This document shows, piece by piece, positions 10,314 through 19,672 of a stretch of 64,000 nucleotides of DNA. Numbering within the stretch: the first letter of the stretch is position 1; every line of letters starts with the position of its first letter. The notes beneath the pieces are model-generated. The model saw only the letters and a program-made list of their open reading frames with translations, was not told the origin of the DNA and did not search any database. The position numbers and the translations under genes were made by a program. The stretch is from Bacteroidales bacterium (GTDB lineage Bacteria; Bacteroidota; Bacteroidia; Bacteroidales; VadinHA17), in NCBI GenBank assembly GCA_033791445.1, contig JASJGS010000044.1, positions 833 to 64,832 on the forward strand, given 5' to 3'.

Positions 10314-12082
10314 ATACCATTTTCTGAGAATTTATTTAGTAACTTTTTCCCCTCATTGACCCATTGAGCGGCTGTTTTTTCGTTTAAACTTTCAGTAGTT
10401 ATCTTTCGTAGGAAAGTATCTATTTCTTCAAGTGCCTTAATGCTTTCAGGAGTGCGACTCTTAAAGCTTTCCTCCTGCAGTATCCTGATTTTCTCAAAAT
10501 CCTGAATTCCCTCCACCAACCTTTCAAAACGGATGGAACTTCTCGGTCCCGGGTATACAAAATAGGTGTCTCCGGCTGGCCAGGTTCGGAAGCGAGTATC
10601 TAATAGAGGATCTTCGACCCAGGAGTTGTAGGCCCAGCGCAAAAAACCATCAAAACCCATGGCTGCTGCAAACCACGACTCATAGGTTGATTCTGCAGGA
10701 GGTGAGAAACTGAAATTATTGGGTTCTGGTATTCCACAGGCTACATAGTAGGTAGTAATTGCTCCGTTTTTCCTTCTTTCATCAGCTACTTCTTTTGAGC
10801 TTTCAAAAACATGACCCCAATTGTAGCTAAAGTCATGTATTTCCTGATTTATTTCTTTGTAATAATTCCCGGCCATCGTAATTTTAAATTCTGGAGTAGT
10901 TTCTTCCATAAATGAAAACAATGATTTCATTTCTTTTAATCCCCTTTCGTCCAGGGCAATAGTGGTTTTGTCCAACCAATTCATTTCCTCGAGGTGTGCC
11001 CTGAAGTCATATAAAAACGGTTTCCAGAAATCTTCAAACTCCTCAGATCCGGGAATTAATACACGGTTTACATATTTGCTTGAATCTTCATCGAAATAAC
11101 GAACCTGGTTGCCCCATGGTACCATGGAATAGCAATTTATCTGTTTTGATATACCACAATCCATTGCAAATTGGACGTACTGATCAAAAATGGAATAATC
11201 GTAATCCCATTTTCCTGATGAATTGTATATCCAACCAATCATGGATTCAAATGGATCGTATGTTTGGCCTCCCCAGGGGGCTGGAATAATTGATGTTGTA
11301 ATACACTTTTGACCAGCCTCAGCCAACATGCTTAGAAGAGGTTTTAAAAGATCCCAGTGTTGCTGTGACCAGAGAGGAACTTTATGAAACCTGGCTACTG
11401 CAAATGGATTTTGCCAAAGATCAAGATGAAATGACCAGGCGGAAGGAGGAGGCAGGATCTTATCCTGCACTCTTATTGAAATATCCAATGTTTTTTCGGC
11501 AACAGAATTATATTGCAGTTTAATACTCCCCTGATAAACTCCTGGAGTTTGGTCAGCAGGGATTTTAAATGTTACCCACATGGGCCGTGTAGCTTGAGCC
11601 GGAAGATTCAAACTGTTAACCGGTTCAAGCATATCACCCACGAGGTGAGCCTGTATAGTATCGGAGTCTCTGTAGCCACAACCAGTAAGGAATTCATCTG
11701 TAAGTACATAACGAACCGCACGTATCTCAACGGATTCTGAGCTCAATATATTACCCTCCTTATCCTTCAGTTCACTGGCCTCCCAGTGTATATCCTTAAC
11801 ATCAGCGTTTGCCCACAATAGGAATTGAGAATGTATTTTTTCACCTCTCCAGCCAACTCCTTCCCAGCTATTTGTATAGTTGATATCTGGTGGTAAATCT
11901 CTATTATACCGTTCATCTACTGATCCAAAACTGATTTGTAACCCAGGTTCTACATTATTCCACAATGCAGTTTCTACAACTTCAGGATTATCAGGTTCAG
12001 CAAAACCTACATTCAGCTTTTCAGGATCCTTACATGCACTTAAAAGCAGAATAGAAAGGATAATAACTAAGAGGGTTTTCAT
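10310..12082 (-). CDS. DUF4091-type / GH123-like putative glycoside hydrolase lipoprotein
   Basis: 590 aa. Lipoprotein signal (LLLSAC). Size and central block (HLDLWQNPFAVARFH...PAPWGGQTYDPFESMIGW) recall DUF4091 proteins. Assignment is from memory of the family pattern only. Confidence 0.4.
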   Translation of the reverse strand: MKTLLVIILSILLLSACKDPEKLNVGFAEPDNPEVVETALWNNVEPGLQISFGSVDERYNRDLPPDINYTNSWEGVGWRGEKIHSQFLLWANADVKDIHWEASELKDKEGNILSSESVEIRAVRYVLTDEFLTGCGYRDSDTIQAHLVGDMLEPVNSLNLPAQATRPMWVTFKIPADQTPGVYQGSIKLQYNSVAEKTLDISIRVQDKILPPPSAWSFHLDLWQNPFAVARFHKVPLWSQQHWDLLKPLLSMLAEAGQKCITTSIIPAPWGGQTYDPFESMIGWIYNSSGKWDYDYSIFDQYVQFAMDCGISKQINCYSMVPWGNQVRYFDEDSSKYVNRVLIPGSEEFEDFWKPFLYDFRAHLEEMNWLDKTTIALDERGLKEMKSLFSFMEETTPEFKITMAGNYYKEINQEIHDFSYNWGHVFESSKEVADERRKNGAITTYYVACGIPEPNNFSFSPPAESTYESWFAAAMGFDGFLRWAYNSWVEDPLLDTRFRTWPAGDTYFVYPGPRSSIRFERLVEGIQDFEKIRILQEESFKSRTPESIKALEEIDTFLRKITTESLNEKTAAQWVNEGKKLLNKFSENGI

Positions 12083-12094
12083 TTTGAAAATGCT

Positions 12095-13540
12095 TTATTG
12101 TTTGATTTTTGTAACTCTAAAAGACCAGGCATATTGACATGGTGGTGTCTTCTGTATTCCGGAAGGAATACTTATCGAAAATCCCTCCTCACTATTCTTC
12201 CATTTTAGTGGCTTGGCATAGCCAAGAAGATAGATTTTAGCTCCTTTCTCCAGTTCAAAGGATGCAATGGATACTTTTTCAGGAAGCGAAAGTTCATCTT
12301 CCCCAGCCAAATAGATCATATTGATGCTTTTATCAGGATTTGCAGTAAAGCAAATATTTCCTTCCTTGTATGGGGCTATTGCTCTTGTTTTATAAATTGC
12401 TTCCCCATTTATTTTCATCCATTTACCAATATCCTTCATACGGCTAATTGCATCAGGAGGTAGGGTTCCTTCTGGGCTGGGGCCAACATTCAGTAAATAA
12501 TTACCTCCTTTGGCGACTATATCTACCAGATTATGTACAATGGTCCGTGTCGATTTATATGTGTCATTTGGAACATATGACCATGAACCTCCCATAGTCA
12601 TGCATGTTTCCCAGGGGTAATCAAGGGCTTTTTCCGGGATATGCTGTTCAGGCGTGGTATAATTCTCATATTTCCCCTTAACCGTTCTATCCACGATTAT
12701 TAAGTTGGGTTGATGGGAACGGGCCATAGTAGCAATCTTTGACATCTCAATATCCTGGTTATAAGGTGGTTTTATAGGTTTGTCAGAATCCAGTTCGGGT
12801 CTTGGGCGAACCCAGCCACCATCGAGCCAAAGTATATCTACTTTGCCATACCCGGTCATGAGTTCCTCAATTTGCCCATAGGTAAAATCTTTAAATTTCT
12901 GCCAGCGATCCGGGTATTTTACAGGATTATAATTCACATGCCTGTCAGGAGTTGCAAAATAAGGCCACCAGTAATTTTCACTGTGCCAGTCAGGCTTCGA
13001 AAAATAAGCACCTGTTTTAAATCCTTCCTTTCTAAATGCATCGAAAATTTCTTTCGTGATATTCGCTTTTGGATTGCTATGGAAGGCACAACCAGGATCG
13101 GTAATACTATAGTCGGTTTGTTTCGTGTCAAACATGCTGAATCCATCGTGATGCTTTGTGGTAAATACGACGTATTTCATTCCGGCTTCCTTTGCTATTT
13201 CTGCCCAGCTTTCAGGGTTAAATTCTACCGGATTAAAAGTTTCCTTGAGCTTTTCATAAGCTTGTACATATTCCACATAATTGTCCATTTTCCTTTGGCA
13301 CCAGGGGACATCTTCTGAGCATAATGACCAGGATTCTACTACTCCCCATTGTGAATATGGCCCCCAGTGCATCATAAACCCAAATTTTAAATCCTGCCAT
13401 TCCTCAAGATTTTCTAAAACCAGGGGATCTGTTTCTTTTTCTTCACTACCAGGAGATTGAGCAAACGGAAATGATAGGCAAGTAAGAAGTAATACGGCTA
13501 ACAAAAAGAGTCTTTTTTGTTTGATTGGTTTTGCTTTCAT
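12095..13540 (-). CDS. Alpha-L-fucosidase, GH29
   Basis: 481 aa with signal peptide. GH29 blocks FGFMMHWGPYSQWG and VVFTTKHHDGFSMFDT. Confidence 0.9.
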   Translation of the reverse strand: MKAKPIKQKRLFLLAVLLLTCLSFPFAQSPGSEEKETDPLVLENLEEWQDLKFGFMMHWGPYSQWGVVESWSLCSEDVPWCQRKMDNYVEYVQAYEKLKETFNPVEFNPESWAEIAKEAGMKYVVFTTKHHDGFSMFDTKQTDYSITDPGCAFHSNPKANITKEIFDAFRKEGFKTGAYFSKPDWHSENYWWPYFATPDRHVNYNPVKYPDRWQKFKDFTYGQIEELMTGYGKVDILWLDGGWVRPRPELDSDKPIKPPYNQDIEMSKIATMARSHQPNLIIVDRTVKGKYENYTTPEQHIPEKALDYPWETCMTMGGSWSYVPNDTYKSTRTIVHNLVDIVAKGGNYLLNVGPSPEGTLPPDAISRMKDIGKWMKINGEAIYKTRAIAPYKEGNICFTANPDKSINMIYLAGEDELSLPEKVSIASFELEKGAKIYLLGYAKPLKWKNSEEGFSISIPSGIQKTPPCQYAWSFRVTKIKQ

Positions 13541-13969
13541 TTTAATCGAATTATTGGGTTATTTCTCTTCAAGCCATTTTGACTGGAATCGCGGAAAAGG
13601 AATTTTTTTTACAACGATTTTAGGAAAATCAAAAAAAATAATGAAACTGAAATTTTCGTCTAACTGATGGTAAATCATTCAAAAATACTATCAAAGATTT
13701 AGGGTGAGGCAATATTCAAATAAAGAAGCCCTATTTAAAATCATTAAAAATAAATATAGAGCATTTTCAAGGTATAACTTTTACAACAAAATCCCGTAAC
13801 ATACTTCCAGAAGAGAGTATTATTAAGTGCCTCAATTTAAATATTTCTTAGTAGGTCTTTATTGTGTTGATTGTCAGGTTTTTGTGTTTTTATTTCTCAC
13901 AGCCAGATTAAAATTCAAACAAAGATCAGGTATTCAATTTTATAAATGATTATTAAAACTCAAGGGTAA

Positions 13970-14854
13970 ATGCAGAAAAAGGCAATAATTCCATATGTTG
14001 GTCTTGCAATTATTATACTTTGGTTCGTTCAAGCCTTTTTCGATAGTATTTTTTCAACTGGCACAAGTTTTATTGAATCACTCTTAACTGATATTCCCCC
14101 TTCAGAGCTGGCATTTCGACTGTTCCTGATAGCATTTGTAATTGGAGTAAGTGTTTTTTTCTATCTCCGATTTCTGCGGTCAACCCAGAATATTGAAAGC
14201 ATTGATATTGAAATTCCGGAGGGTATTAAGAAACTGGCAGAACGTGACCCACAGTTTCTTTTGAACTTCCTGCACAAAATCAGGACCCAGCTCAATAATG
14301 TGTTGGGCTTTGCTGATCTGATCAGAGATGAGGAGATTAGTAAATCTGATTCAGATCGGTATTTTGGTTATATAGAAACCAGCAAACAATCTACACATTC
14401 TGCCATTGACGAGTTGATTGGAACCCTGAAAGTAGGCGATGCGAAAACATTGAAGACCAATGAGGACTACCTGGAAATAATTAACTGGCAGGATAAAAAA
14501 ATCTTAATTGCTGAAGATGTTGAAATGAACTTTATTCTGTTGAAAGCCGTTCTTGATAAAACAGGAGCTGAAGTTTTGTGGGCAAAAGATGGAAATGAAG
14601 TGTTAAAGATTTTTAGAAAGAACCGTGATGTGAACCTCATTTTGATGGACATATTGATGCCTGAGATGGATGGATTTGAAGCGACTAAATCCATTCGTAA
14701 ATTTGATACAGAAGTGCCCATTATCGCCCAGACGGCCTATAATTTTGACTGGACAGCCATACAAAAAGAAGGACTTGGCTTCGACGATTTTATCTCCAAG
14801 CCTATCGGTCATTATGATTTGATTTTAAAAACTTATCGCTATCTCGATAGGTAG
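13970..14854 (+). CDS. Membrane-anchored DHp (HisKA-like) + receiver-domain protein lacking an HATPase_c domain
   Basis: 294 aa. Two N-terminal TM segments. H-box-like FLHKIRTQLNNVLGFADLI. Complete REC domain (KILIAEDVEMN...ILMDILMPEMDGFE...ISKPI). Only about 60 aa separate the two domains, so there is no room for a catalytic ATP-binding domain. Confidence 0.7.
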   Translation: MQKKAIIPYVGLAIIILWFVQAFFDSIFSTGTSFIESLLTDIPPSELAFRLFLIAFVIGVSVFFYLRFLRSTQNIESIDIEIPEGIKKLAERDPQFLLNFLHKIRTQLNNVLGFADLIRDEEISKSDSDRYFGYIETSKQSTHSAIDELIGTLKVGDAKTLKTNEDYLEIINWQDKKILIAEDVEMNFILLKAVLDKTGAEVLWAKDGNEVLKIFRKNRDVNLILMDILMPEMDGFEATKSIRKFDTEVPIIAQTAYNFDWTAIQKEGLGFDDFISKPIGHYDLILKTYRYLDR

Positions 14855-14908
14855 AATCCTTATCCCATCAAATTCTCTCTTGTAGTAATTTCAACTGGAT
14901 TTAAAATT

Positions 14909-17900
14909 TCATTTTTTAACCTGAGCAGGATGTTTAACTATTCCTGTGTAGAAAGGAATACAGTCTGATTCTTTGTGACTTTTGACCAAATTAGTGATGG
15001 GAGCCAGCAACTTTGAAATTACATGTACATCGTCAAGCTTTGGATCTTTTATAGAACCTTTTATGTTTTGGCTAAGAATACTGCAGCCTTTTTGATTTAA
15101 CAGAGCAAGAGTGATATCAAGACTATCAAGCCCCAGGTTGATCCACCCTGATGCCGCAATTCGATTTTCGGGAGTCGTAAAAGCTATATCTTGCATTCTA
15201 AGGTTGCCCTTTTGTATATTCCAATCGGTGTATAATTCTAGAATATTCGATGATTCTTCAGGATTTGAAACCAAAAGACTGGTAAAGTCAAATCCTTTTG
15301 TAACAGCAAGTCCAACAGGGCCAGCAAAAATAACAGCCCCTATGTCTACAAGTGTGAAATGTTGGGTCCGTTCAAATTTTTTTGTAATTTCATCGATATC
15401 AATTCCCTCCAAATTTAGGTTTGAACCTTTTAATTGAGCTTCTCCATTTAAAGTTGGCGCAATACTTAACCAATCACTCCCTTTAAAATCAAGAGACAAG
15501 TCAAAATCCACTAATCCCTTTAGAGCTTGTTTTTCCTTGAAACTTTCAAGAAACTTCTCCACCTGAAACTGCTTTACAGTGTATTTTATGGAGTAGGACG
15601 GAGGTTCGTTGAAAGGACTCAGAACCAACTTACCTGTACCTTCCTTGCCAAACAAGCTAACTTTTTCAGGAGTAATGGTATACGTACCATCTATTGCTTC
15701 AATTCCAAAATATACACTGTCAGCCTTAAAATGAGATGTTTTTATTTTTCTGGCGGATAAATCAAATGAAGCAGTAAGCTTGGAAAGTGGGTTCGCATTG
15801 TGCTTATAATCTATATCACGGCCATAAAATTGAATTGAATCAATAATAATTGTATCTGAACTACTTGAATAGGATAATTTACTGGTTTTGAATTCAAGTC
15901 TATTTAAGATGGATTTAGTCTTTTTTATAAAGAACAACTTGCATGCCATTCCTCCGGTAAGCATAGCATTAAGTGCCTTTGGAATAGTATCTGTTTTATA
16001 ATAGTAAAACAATTTACCCGGATTTAATTCTTGAGCATGAAGTTGTATCTCCAGTTTTAAAGCTTTGTCAGGTGGGGAAAATATATCCAAAGATGTATTC
16101 AAATAACTACCGGCAACCTGGATAGCAAAGTCATTAAAATCAAGGTGTAAAAGGCTATCTATTTCTCCCAAAATAAAAATTCCCTGGTTTATTTTAATGG
16201 GAGGAAAAAGGTTTTCAATATCAGCATTCAAATGTTTAATGTTGAATTTAATCTCTGGGACTTTTTTAAAATTCTTAAGCTTATAAAGTGTGGTAGATAT
16301 ATCCACATCCATATTTATTTCATTTATTTTATGAGGAAAGCTTTCACCAATTTTTGGATCAAAGGATAGAAATTCTGGCAAGTCAAAGCTTGATGAGCTT
16401 ATAATAAGATCTGCAGAAATGTTTTTCCCCTCATCTTTTATAAATTGGGAAATATTAAATACGGACCCATCAATTTGAAGATCAGTATTACCTGTTTTAA
16501 TTTGTAAATTAAAAAGGTCCAGCGTATACAGGTTTCCTCTCAGGTTCCCATTTAAGAGGCTTACGTGATAATCAGTAATATTAAATGAAATACTATCCAA
16601 TAAAACTGAAATGTTATTCCTACTGTCTCGTATCCAACCCGAATCAGCTATAAAATGGCCGGTAAACTGATCTTTGATTTGAACAGTTCCAGACAAATCC
16701 GAAAGCTGATTGATTTTGAATATAGCATCAAAACCTTTTAAGTCTGTTTTTAGGTCTATAGTATAATCCAAATGTGGAGAATTGAAATCTTCGAGGTAGA
16801 ATAACCCATTAATATGTCCCTTGGGAAGTTGTGCTGAAATGGTATCGATTTTGAGATAGGCTTGGGATAAATCAGCCTTCTTCCCAGAATTAAAATGCCC
16901 GTTAATACTCAGGTTCTGAATGGTTTTATTTGATTCCGGGATTTTTACATTTAGATTATTTACGCCAAATTTACAATTGACTTCAGGAATCTCAGGATAC
17001 AAAAAGCCAATGATACTGGCAGTAAAATATACGTCTCCACTTTTGATGTTCTTGATTCCTGGCTTGGTTAAAAATAATTTCAGGAAGCTTATATCCTCAT
17101 CAGACCCATCTAGTTCAAGATCTAATTTTATTTTTTCATTTAATTGTGCAATACCCTTTAAGTTCATTTTTGCTTCTTGAACAATCATTTCACTCGGATC
17201 TATAGAAAGGGTTTTTCTCTCCCTGTCATAATGAATGGAGGACTTTAAACCCAGACTTATATTTTGAATATTTTTTTGATCAGATAGCTGCAAATCTGAA
17301 ATATCCATTTGCAAACGGCAGGTAGTTTTGATAATTTCAGGCATGTATTCAAAGGATGCTTTTAGCACGTCAATTTTGGCAACTGCACTTTTTCTAGAGA
17401 GCTTGCTATGGTAATTCAATGCAACATTTTTGAAATAAACCTGATTGATTGAAAGATCCATTTCAGACTTGGAGAATTTATTCGAATTATTGGATTCAGA
17501 AGCTTTTGGCTGTTTATGAATAATATGATCGGTTTCTGAAGGAGAAAATGCTTTAATGAAATTGTAGCTACTATCAACATCATTGATTAAATTAAACTCT
17601 CCACCTTCAATTGTAATCCTTGAAACATCAATGTGACCCTTGAGAAGTTCAAGAATGTTAATCCCTGCATGCAATGCCTCAATATTTGCAATAGGCTTTT
17701 CAAGGGAATCAATAAATGCCTTTTTTTCTAGTATTTTAATATTGGTAAGAGTGACTGAAACGCTTGGTAATTGTACGAATGGGGATAGGTGAATATCATT
17801 GAAAGTGATTACACTATTTGTTCGTTTACTTGTTTCTGCTATAATTTTCCTGCCAATATTATCTTTATTTATATAAAATAATACAAGAATGAATAATAGT

Positions 17901-17980
17901 AATCCTATTAAAACCAAGAATGTGGTTAAAGCAGCTTTAATAAGCCTTGAAAAAGATGGTTTTCTTTTCTTGTAGGACAT
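14909..17980 (-). CDS. AsmA-family-like large membrane-anchored protein
   Basis: 1023 aa. Single N-terminal TM (LTTFLVLIGLLLFILVLFYI) followed by a long repetitive beta-rich region. Architecture-based call. Confidence 0.45.
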   Translation of the reverse strand: MSYKKRKPSFSRLIKAALTTFLVLIGLLLFILVLFYINKDNIGRKIIAETSKRTNSVITFNDIHLSPFVQLPSVSVTLTNIKILEKKAFIDSLEKPIANIEALHAGINILELLKGHIDVSRITIEGGEFNLINDVDSSYNFIKAFSPSETDHIIHKQPKASESNNSNKFSKSEMDLSINQVYFKNVALNYHSKLSRKSAVAKIDVLKASFEYMPEIIKTTCRLQMDISDLQLSDQKNIQNISLGLKSSIHYDRERKTLSIDPSEMIVQEAKMNLKGIAQLNEKIKLDLELDGSDEDISFLKLFLTKPGIKNIKSGDVYFTASIIGFLYPEIPEVNCKFGVNNLNVKIPESNKTIQNLSINGHFNSGKKADLSQAYLKIDTISAQLPKGHINGLFYLEDFNSPHLDYTIDLKTDLKGFDAIFKINQLSDLSGTVQIKDQFTGHFIADSGWIRDSRNNISVLLDSISFNITDYHVSLLNGNLRGNLYTLDLFNLQIKTGNTDLQIDGSVFNISQFIKDEGKNISADLIISSSSFDLPEFLSFDPKIGESFPHKINEINMDVDISTTLYKLKNFKKVPEIKFNIKHLNADIENLFPPIKINQGIFILGEIDSLLHLDFNDFAIQVAGSYLNTSLDIFSPPDKALKLEIQLHAQELNPGKLFYYYKTDTIPKALNAMLTGGMACKLFFIKKTKSILNRLEFKTSKLSYSSSSDTIIIDSIQFYGRDIDYKHNANPLSKLTASFDLSARKIKTSHFKADSVYFGIEAIDGTYTITPEKVSLFGKEGTGKLVLSPFNEPPSYSIKYTVKQFQVEKFLESFKEKQALKGLVDFDLSLDFKGSDWLSIAPTLNGEAQLKGSNLNLEGIDIDEITKKFERTQHFTLVDIGAVIFAGPVGLAVTKGFDFTSLLVSNPEESSNILELYTDWNIQKGNLRMQDIAFTTPENRIAASGWINLGLDSLDITLALLNQKGCSILSQNIKGSIKDPKLDDVHVISKLLAPITNLVKSHKESDCIPFYTGIVKHPAQVKK

Positions 17981-18067
17981 ACTAATTTATAATGCCGAAT
18001 ATTTCTCCCCCTTATTCATGGTAAGCAAGTTTAAAGATACCAAAATCCGAAAATCTTTTCGCAAAGT

Positions 18068-18736
18068 TTACGGTTTCCCACCTTTTTTTAGGTTCAATAA
18101 TATGGAGAATGCCTTCTGAACATCCGCATCGCTCACCACAATGGTAAATTCATTGGTCGTAGATATAACTTCTAGGATATTTACTCCATCCCACGCCAGA
18201 TTTTTTAAAATAAAATAATAGAATCCTGATATTTCGGTATTTTCATCAGGAAGTCGCATGGTTATGGTGGAAAGATCTGTCTTTTTGCTTACCAATTGCT
18301 CTGTTTTAAAAAGTTCGTCCATTAAAGTTTCCTGGGATGAACTAATCACAATAGTGGTTTCATTGATACCCTGAGAAAAGGTATAGAAAATTCCCATCTG
18401 GTCTTCCAGTTGCTTCAACAGGATGGATTGCTTTTTTCGCAGGCCATCTGTATTTAGATAGGTGTAATCCATTAGATCAGATCGAACTGTAAAATCACCG
18501 AGGTTGGTGATAAAATCTTTCAGTCCTATATTTATTTTGTGATAATAATTCGGAGCCAGGCGATTAATAGCCATGATTATAGCTCCCTCATTTACCTCTT
18601 TTTTTAGTTTTCTTTCTACCTGAGGCCTGATCTTACGAGCCAGAGAGGATACATTAATGAGCTTGTCTGCCATGGCCTCTTCAAGAAATGGTGAATGAGC
18701 AATTATTTCCTTTACCGCTTCTGAAATAGTTATCAT
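18068..18736 (-). CDS. Hypothetical protein with C-terminal ACT-like domain
   Basis: 222 aa. The C-terminal segment GFYYFILKNLAWDGVNILEVISTTNEFTIVVSDADVQKAFSIL resembles the ACT fold of aspartokinase regulatory domains. Confidence 0.35.
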   Translation of the reverse strand: MITISEAVKEIIAHSPFLEEAMADKLINVSSLARKIRPQVERKLKKEVNEGAIIMAINRLAPNYYHKINIGLKDFITNLGDFTVRSDLMDYTYLNTDGLRKKQSILLKQLEDQMGIFYTFSQGINETTIVISSSQETLMDELFKTEQLVSKKTDLSTITMRLPDENTEISGFYYFILKNLAWDGVNILEVISTTNEFTIVVSDADVQKAFSILLNLKKGGKP

Positions 18737-18820
18737 AGTTAAATATTTAACACAATGTTAAAATAAATATAGGTAAATTTGAAATATTATTAACACTGTT
18801 TCTTAGATTGATTTATAAAT

Positions 18821-19288
18821 ATGGGAGTAGAGATAGAGAGGAAGTTTCTCATTATAGGCGATTATAAACACCTGGCAAAAGAAGTCGACGAGATTTCTCA
18901 GGGATACTTATCGTTGTCTAATGAGCAGGCTGTTCGAATTAGGGTTTCAGGGGAAAAGGGATACATTACTATCAAAGGAATGGGTAATAAGACTGGAGTA
19001 AGCAGAGAGGAGTGGGAGTATGAAATTCCTGTTTCCGATGCCCTGGAATTATTGAGAATGTGTAAAAATGGTATTATCCGAAAAAATAGATATTTGATAG
19101 ATTTTGAAGGAAAGACCTTTGAGGTAGATGAGTTCTCTGGCGACAATGAAGGCCTTGTGGTAGCTGAGCTTGAATTGAATTCTGAAAATGAGCCCTTTGA
19201 AAAACCTTCCTGGCTTGGTCGTGAAATAACCGGAGAAGATAAGTACTATAACCTTATGCTGGTAAAACATCCATTTAAGGATTGGTAG
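18821..19288 (+). CDS. CYTH-domain protein (triphosphate tunnel metalloenzyme / CyaB-ThTPase family)
   Basis: 155 aa. N-terminal EIERKFLI (ExExK signature). Size is typical of stand-alone CYTH proteins. Confidence 0.85.
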   Translation: MGVEIERKFLIIGDYKHLAKEVDEISQGYLSLSNEQAVRIRVSGEKGYITIKGMGNKTGVSREEWEYEIPVSDALELLRMCKNGIIRKNRYLIDFEGKTFEVDEFSGDNEGLVVAELELNSENEPFEKPSWLGREITGEDKYYNLMLVKHPFKDW

Positions 19289-19300
19289 GAGATTTTATTG

Positions 19301-19550
19301 GTCCTAAAGTCTAAGAGTCTCAAGGTTCCATAGTTGCAATTTCCCAAAATTCCCATATTCTAAATTTCCAAAGTTCCAATGTTCCATTTTTTCGGAGTTC
19401 CGATGGTTCAATGTTGAATAGTTTCACTTTTCAAGGCTCTAAAGCTCCATAGTTCTGATGTTTCAGTGTTTCAGTGTTTCAGTGTTTCAGTGTTTCAAAG
19501 TCCTAAAGTTACACCAATCCACCATTCCTATGTTCCATTATTTAGGTTCT
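19301..19550. repeat. Degenerate 8-bp-periodic tandem array (about 30 units) with a perfect core of 4 x TGTTTCAG
   Basis: Read directly. Successive units include gtcctaaa, gtctaaga, gtctcaag, gttccata, tttccaaa, gttccaat and gttccatt. Four exact TGTTTCAG copies lie at 19459-19490, with a fifth one-mismatch copy to 19498. Decayed units continue to about 19550. Confidence 0.8.
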
Positions 19551-19672
19551 TTTTTTTCATGGTTTTAGCTTGTTTAAAATTTAACAATATGTTAAGAATA
19601 TGTTTTAGTTTTTGTATTTTTTTTGGTACTTTATTTCAAGAGCTACATTTGCTGCCAAGAAATTTATAAAAA

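Noticed and set aside
19459-19498. Possible CRISPR array or phase-variable coding repeat.
   Set aside because: The units are 8 bp, directly abutting with no spacers, and there are no cas genes in the window. The repeat is intergenic, so it cannot frameshift a CDS.
19466-19669. 67-aa ORF (MFQCFSVSVFQS...) spanning the repeat array upstream of lysC.
   Set aside because: Its N-terminus is just the translated TGTTTCAG repeat and the rest is poly-F/L low complexity from AT-rich DNA. It is most likely non-coding.
19551-19672. Lysine riboswitch (L-box) expected upstream of lysC.
   Set aside because: The leader is extremely AT-rich. I could not find the conserved GC-containing helices or core of the L-box. 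This cannot be supported without a covariance-model (Rfam RF00168) search.
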